A stretch of 64,000 nucleotides of DNA from the human T2T-CHM13v2.0 reference genome, Homo sapiens, in assembly GCF_009914755.1 (NCBI RefSeq), contig NC_060941.1, one strand, 5' to 3'. A model generated the notes under the pieces. The model was not told where the DNA came from. It did no database searches and saw nothing but the letters and a program-made list of their open reading frames with translations. Position 1 is the stretch's first letter. Every line of letters begins with the position of its first letter. Positions 57,148-64,000 of the stretch are shown here, piece after piece. A program made the position numbers and the translations under genes.

Positions 57148-57509
57148 TTTAAATTTTTGGGGGTAGGGAGGTCTCTTCCTCTTTAGAGAGACCCTTTAAT
57201 GACCAAAAGATACAAAGCTAGAATGGAGAATTCTCAGTATGAACTTTCTCTTCTATGCCTTTTCTAGAAAGGCAGGACCTGCCCAAATGCAATTTTTAAA
57301 GCTCAGATTTTTGCCCCCCTCAGATTGTGACAGATTTTCAAAATATATTCAAGTGCTTGAAAAAAATGTTAAGCTGTATGTACTACTACATGAGACAAAT
57401 TCCATAAGCTTCATTAAAATGGTTTCCCCTAAGATTATTATATACTTGAAAGACTATCTGGCTGAAAATCCAAACACCATAAACTCTGCTGTTAGAAAAT
57501 GGTAATTCC

Positions 57510-57949
<440 letters not shown>

Positions 57950-58011
57950 TCAGGAAACACCTGTACTTCAAGTATTGACCTTTGTTTCCCCACCCACACC
58001 CTCTCTTAAGG

Positions 58012-59728
58012 TTATGGTTCTCAAAGTGTGGTCCCAGTAGATTCCTGGAGGTCCCTTTCAAGTGGTCTGTGAAGGCAACATTATTTTCATAACAATACCA
58101 AGAAATTGTTTGCCTTTTTCATTATGTTGATATTTGTGCTGATAGTACAAGAGCAATAATGGGTAAAACTGCTGGTGCCTTAGCACAGGGGTCCCCAGCC
58201 CCAGGGCGGCAGACCTTACCGACCCATGGCCTGTTAGGAACCAGGCGCACAGGAGGTGAGAGGTGGACGGGCGAGCAAGCATTACTGCCTGAGCTGTGCC
58301 TCCTGTGAGATCAGCCATGGCATGAGATTCTCAAAGGAGCCTCAACCCTACTGTGAAATGCAAATGGGAGGGATCTAGGTTGCAAGCTCCTTATGAGAAT
58401 CTAATACCTGATGATCTGAGGTGCAGCAGTTTCATCCCAAAACCATCCCAACTACCAGGTAGTGGAAAAACTGTCCTCCACAAAACCAGTCCATGGGGCC
58501 AAAAAGGTTGGGGACCACTGCTAGCATGAGCTATTACTCATCAGCATAAGTAATGACATCGAACTGTACTACAGTCATTGTCTTTTGCCATCACACAGGT
58601 GACTTTAAAAAACAATTGCTTGCACTTAAGAATGTTCTTGATGAAGCAATAAAAATTATTAATTAAATCTAAACCCTTGAGTGTAGGTCTTTTAAATAGT
58701 CTGTAAAAAAACTGGGAAGTATGCATAAAGCACTTCTGCAAGATACTCAAGTACAATGGGCTGTCTCCAGGAAAAGCACTTGTGACTCTGAGTTGTGAGT
58801 TGAACTAGCTGCTTTTTCCATGGAACCCTACTTTTACTTGGAACAAAGAACAAACTGGTTATTTAGACATGAATATTTAGCAGACATTTTCTTGAAAATG
58901 GAGTCTGTCACTTTGAGGAAAACAAGTGACAGTATTTGTTGCCAATGATAAAAACCAGGCTTCTAGAGAAAAACTAGAATTCTGGAAAATCTGTAGCTAC
59001 TTGACAGCTTCCCAATACTTATAGACTTTGCTGATGAAATGGGTGGTGATATAACTAATGTGGGTTTTTGTTATTGTATTATAAAATGTTTAAACATTTA
59101 GAAGATCTGCTTAACTCAATTAACAAGTATTTCCCAAAAGACCGCAGCATGATATTCTAAAATCACATATGGGTAAAAGATCCATTCAAGTGCAAGTCAG
59201 GTTAATGGATTTTAATGTAACAGTAACATCAATATGATTTCAGATTTCATACTGCAACTTAATTTATAAGAAACTAACACTTGTCAAGTTTTGGTGTAGT
59301 ATCAGAGAAGAATATGCACAATTGTCTGAAAAGGCTATAAAATACTTCTCCCTTTTCCAACTACATGTTCTTTCAGGCCATATTTTCTTTGGGTACTTCA
59401 ATCAAAACAAATTGTCACATCAGACTGAATAGAAGCAGATATGAAAATCTAGCTGCCTTCCATTAAGCTGGATATTTAAGAGACTTGCAGAAATGTAAAA
59501 AATGCAACTCTTCTCATGAATTTTTCTAAAACATTTTTTCATAAAAATATATTATGTTAACGAGAAAGGTTTATTATTTTATAGTAATAAATATTTTTAA
59601 ATGTCTTCCATTTTAATATCTAATTTGGTAAATATCAATTTATATAACCCACATAAACAAAAGCTCTTTAGGGTCCTCAAAAGTTTTTAACAGTGTAAAA
59701 ACTCCTGAGACGACAGTGAGAATCACTG
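58012..59728. mobile_element. Charlie1-type hAT DNA transposon remnant
   Basis: Termini ggttctcaaagtgtggtcc / tgagaatcactg; internal tgagttgtgagttgaactagctgctttttccatggaac. Confidence 0.72.
58186..58520 (+). mobile_element. MER1B nested in Charlie1
   Basis: caggggtcccc ... ccaaaaaggttggggaccactg; aagctccttatgagaatctaatacctgatgatctgagg. Confidence 0.85.
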
Positions 59729-60443
59729 TTCTAAGAAAAATACGCCTGATTCCAGCCACTCCCAAAACTGCTCTGTTTGTACCAAAATCTCCCACTTCCT
59801 CACCCGCAACTGAAGTTGAACCTGGGGCAGGTATCTGGCCCGGAGGAAAATCAACCTTTCAACTGACCATATCAGATCTCCCCCAGGAATCTGAATTATG
59901 CCTCATGGAGACTAAAGCCTATTTACAGCAGAACACTAGAGTCCATAAACTCTTGCGGAAGACCCTGCTACTGTTTTGGTTCCAGCCTTTTCTGAGGTTT
60001 GGTTGTTCAGCTTTTCCTTAGATTCTGCAACAGCTATTTCCTTTTTCCTTTAGATAAATCTCCCCTGGCTTATGTTTTTTTCAACCCTGCATGTGGCATC
60101 AGAAACTCTTTTATATGAACTGGTTTGAATAGGTTTCATTTCCTTATGATCAAGGAAGTCTTGACACCATAAAACTTCGATGCTTTTACCCAAACTGTTT
60201 TATTTGGTATCCTTATACAAGACACCAAATTATAATAAGGTTCCCTTCCATTTGAAGATATCCCTATATAAAATTACTCCAACAAAACTAAAAGTTGAAT
60301 GGAAATTGTAGGCTCATTCAAAACAAGTGATCAGTTACTAGATAAGGAAGGTGTAATTTTTCTTTTCTTTAGGAAAAGTCCATTATATATCATGTGAATA
60401 TATTTTGGACAACAAATAGCTTCATTAAAATATACCAATTTGG

Positions 60444-61111
<668 letters not shown>

Positions 61112-61119
61112 ATACCAGT

Positions 61120-61564
61120 ATGACAGAAAGTCTGAAAAATAAAGAACAAGGGAGTGAGACTTGCCCTATCAAATATAAATAATTATTATAAAGCTATGAG
61201 AATTAAGGCAGTGTAGTACAAGATAGGCAAAAAGACCAATGGTATGGAATAGAGAAAATACAGATACAAACTCTCATATATATGGAAACATTTAAGTGGC
61301 ATTAGAAAAGTTGTAGGGAACAGATGGACTATTCAATAAAGGATGCTTGGTCACTAGATTATCCTTATGGAAAGAAAATTGGATCCATATTTCAGGGTTA
61401 TCTTTATGAAAAAAAAAAGTGATCTCTACTTCACAGGAAACATCGAAATAAACTCCAGGTGGATTAGAGACCTAAAGGTGAAAAGCAAACTTTTACAACT
61501 TTTAGAAGAAAATATAAGATGAAACCATTACCTCCATATAGGGGAGGATTCCTTCATGAAGACA

Positions 61565-61605
<41 letters not shown>

Positions 61606-61650
61606 ATATAGGAACAATATAATAAATCTGATTGCATGAAAATCTAAAAC
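61120..61650 (+). mobile_element. Old L1M ORF2-region fragment
   Basis: gacttgccctatcaaatat...ctattcaataaaggatgc...aaactccaggtggattagagacctaaa. Confidence 0.7.
61566..61603 (+). repeat. (AC)19 microsatellite
   Basis: Direct reading. Confidence 0.96.
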
Positions 61651-61653
61651 TCA

Positions 61654-63365
<1,712 letters not shown>

Positions 63366-63817
63366 AGATTGTTTATTATGTGTAATAATAAAAAACTCAA
63401 AATACCTTATGTGTATTAAACAGAAAATGGATAAACCGTGGTACAGCATATTCATACAACCAAATACTAAACAGCAGTTAAAATGAACTCAAGTTACATG
63501 TATCAACATAAATATATCTCAAAAAAACATACTAAGCAAAAATATTAAGGTAAAGAATGGTATTGACTGGAGTATATAGTACATATTGGATTATAGCACA
63601 GTTAGAACATAATAAACACCAAATGCAAGATAGGTGTTACCTCTAAGGAGGGAGGGAAGAAGAAAATAGGAGTACACTAAGGCTTTGCTATTTCAGTAAT
63701 GTTTTATTCACTAGAAAAAGTATCTGGGGGCAAATATAATAAAATGTTAAGATTTTATAAAGCTGGGTGATAAGTATATGCATGGTATTATTCTTTATAT
63801 TTTTCTATATGTTTAAG

Positions 63818-63885
63818 ATATACATATATACACACATATATATTGACATATATATAGACATATATACACTCATATATATACATAT
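63818..63885. repeat. Imperfect (TA/CA)n repeat
   Basis: Direct reading. Confidence 0.85.
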
Positions 63886-63886
63886 C

Positions 63887-64000
63887 TTTTTTTTTTTTTT
63901 TTGAGACGGAGTCTCTCACTCTTGTCACCCAGACTGGAGTGCAATGGCACGATCTCGGCTCACTGCAAGCTCCACCTCCCAGGTTCCCGCCATTCTCCTG
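63887..64000 (-). mobile_element. AluY-like, cut by window edge
   Basis: Poly-T then reverse Alu right arm. Confidence 0.9.

Overview
Human (primate) genomic DNA covering most of the SPOP gene (speckle-type POZ protein, MATH-BTB adaptor of CUL3 E3 ligases; 17q21.33) on the minus strand. Seven coding exons (c.1-837, residues 1-279) are present with canonical GT-AG boundaries and translate to the wild-type sequence as I recall it. The last coding exons lie left of the window and the promoter/first exon lie right of it. The rest is intron with about 60 Alu/FAM/FLAM elements (roughly a quarter of the window), L1M, L2, MIR, DNA transposons (MER2, MER5A, Tigger4, MER102, Charlie1/MER1B), microsatellites and a 3'-truncated 5S rRNA retrocopy. 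Almost all ORF-track entries are repeat-derived artefacts. I see no new gene or new multi-gene system. The best leads are RNA-processing hypotheses around the exon junction at codon 160/161 (regenerated donor, intronic poly(A) signals and a possible circRNA, two of which would give a BTB-less MATH protein), several optional 5'UTR or micro-exons, and a hairpin element with Alus inserted at mirror-image positions. Repeat family names and boundaries are by eye and approximate.
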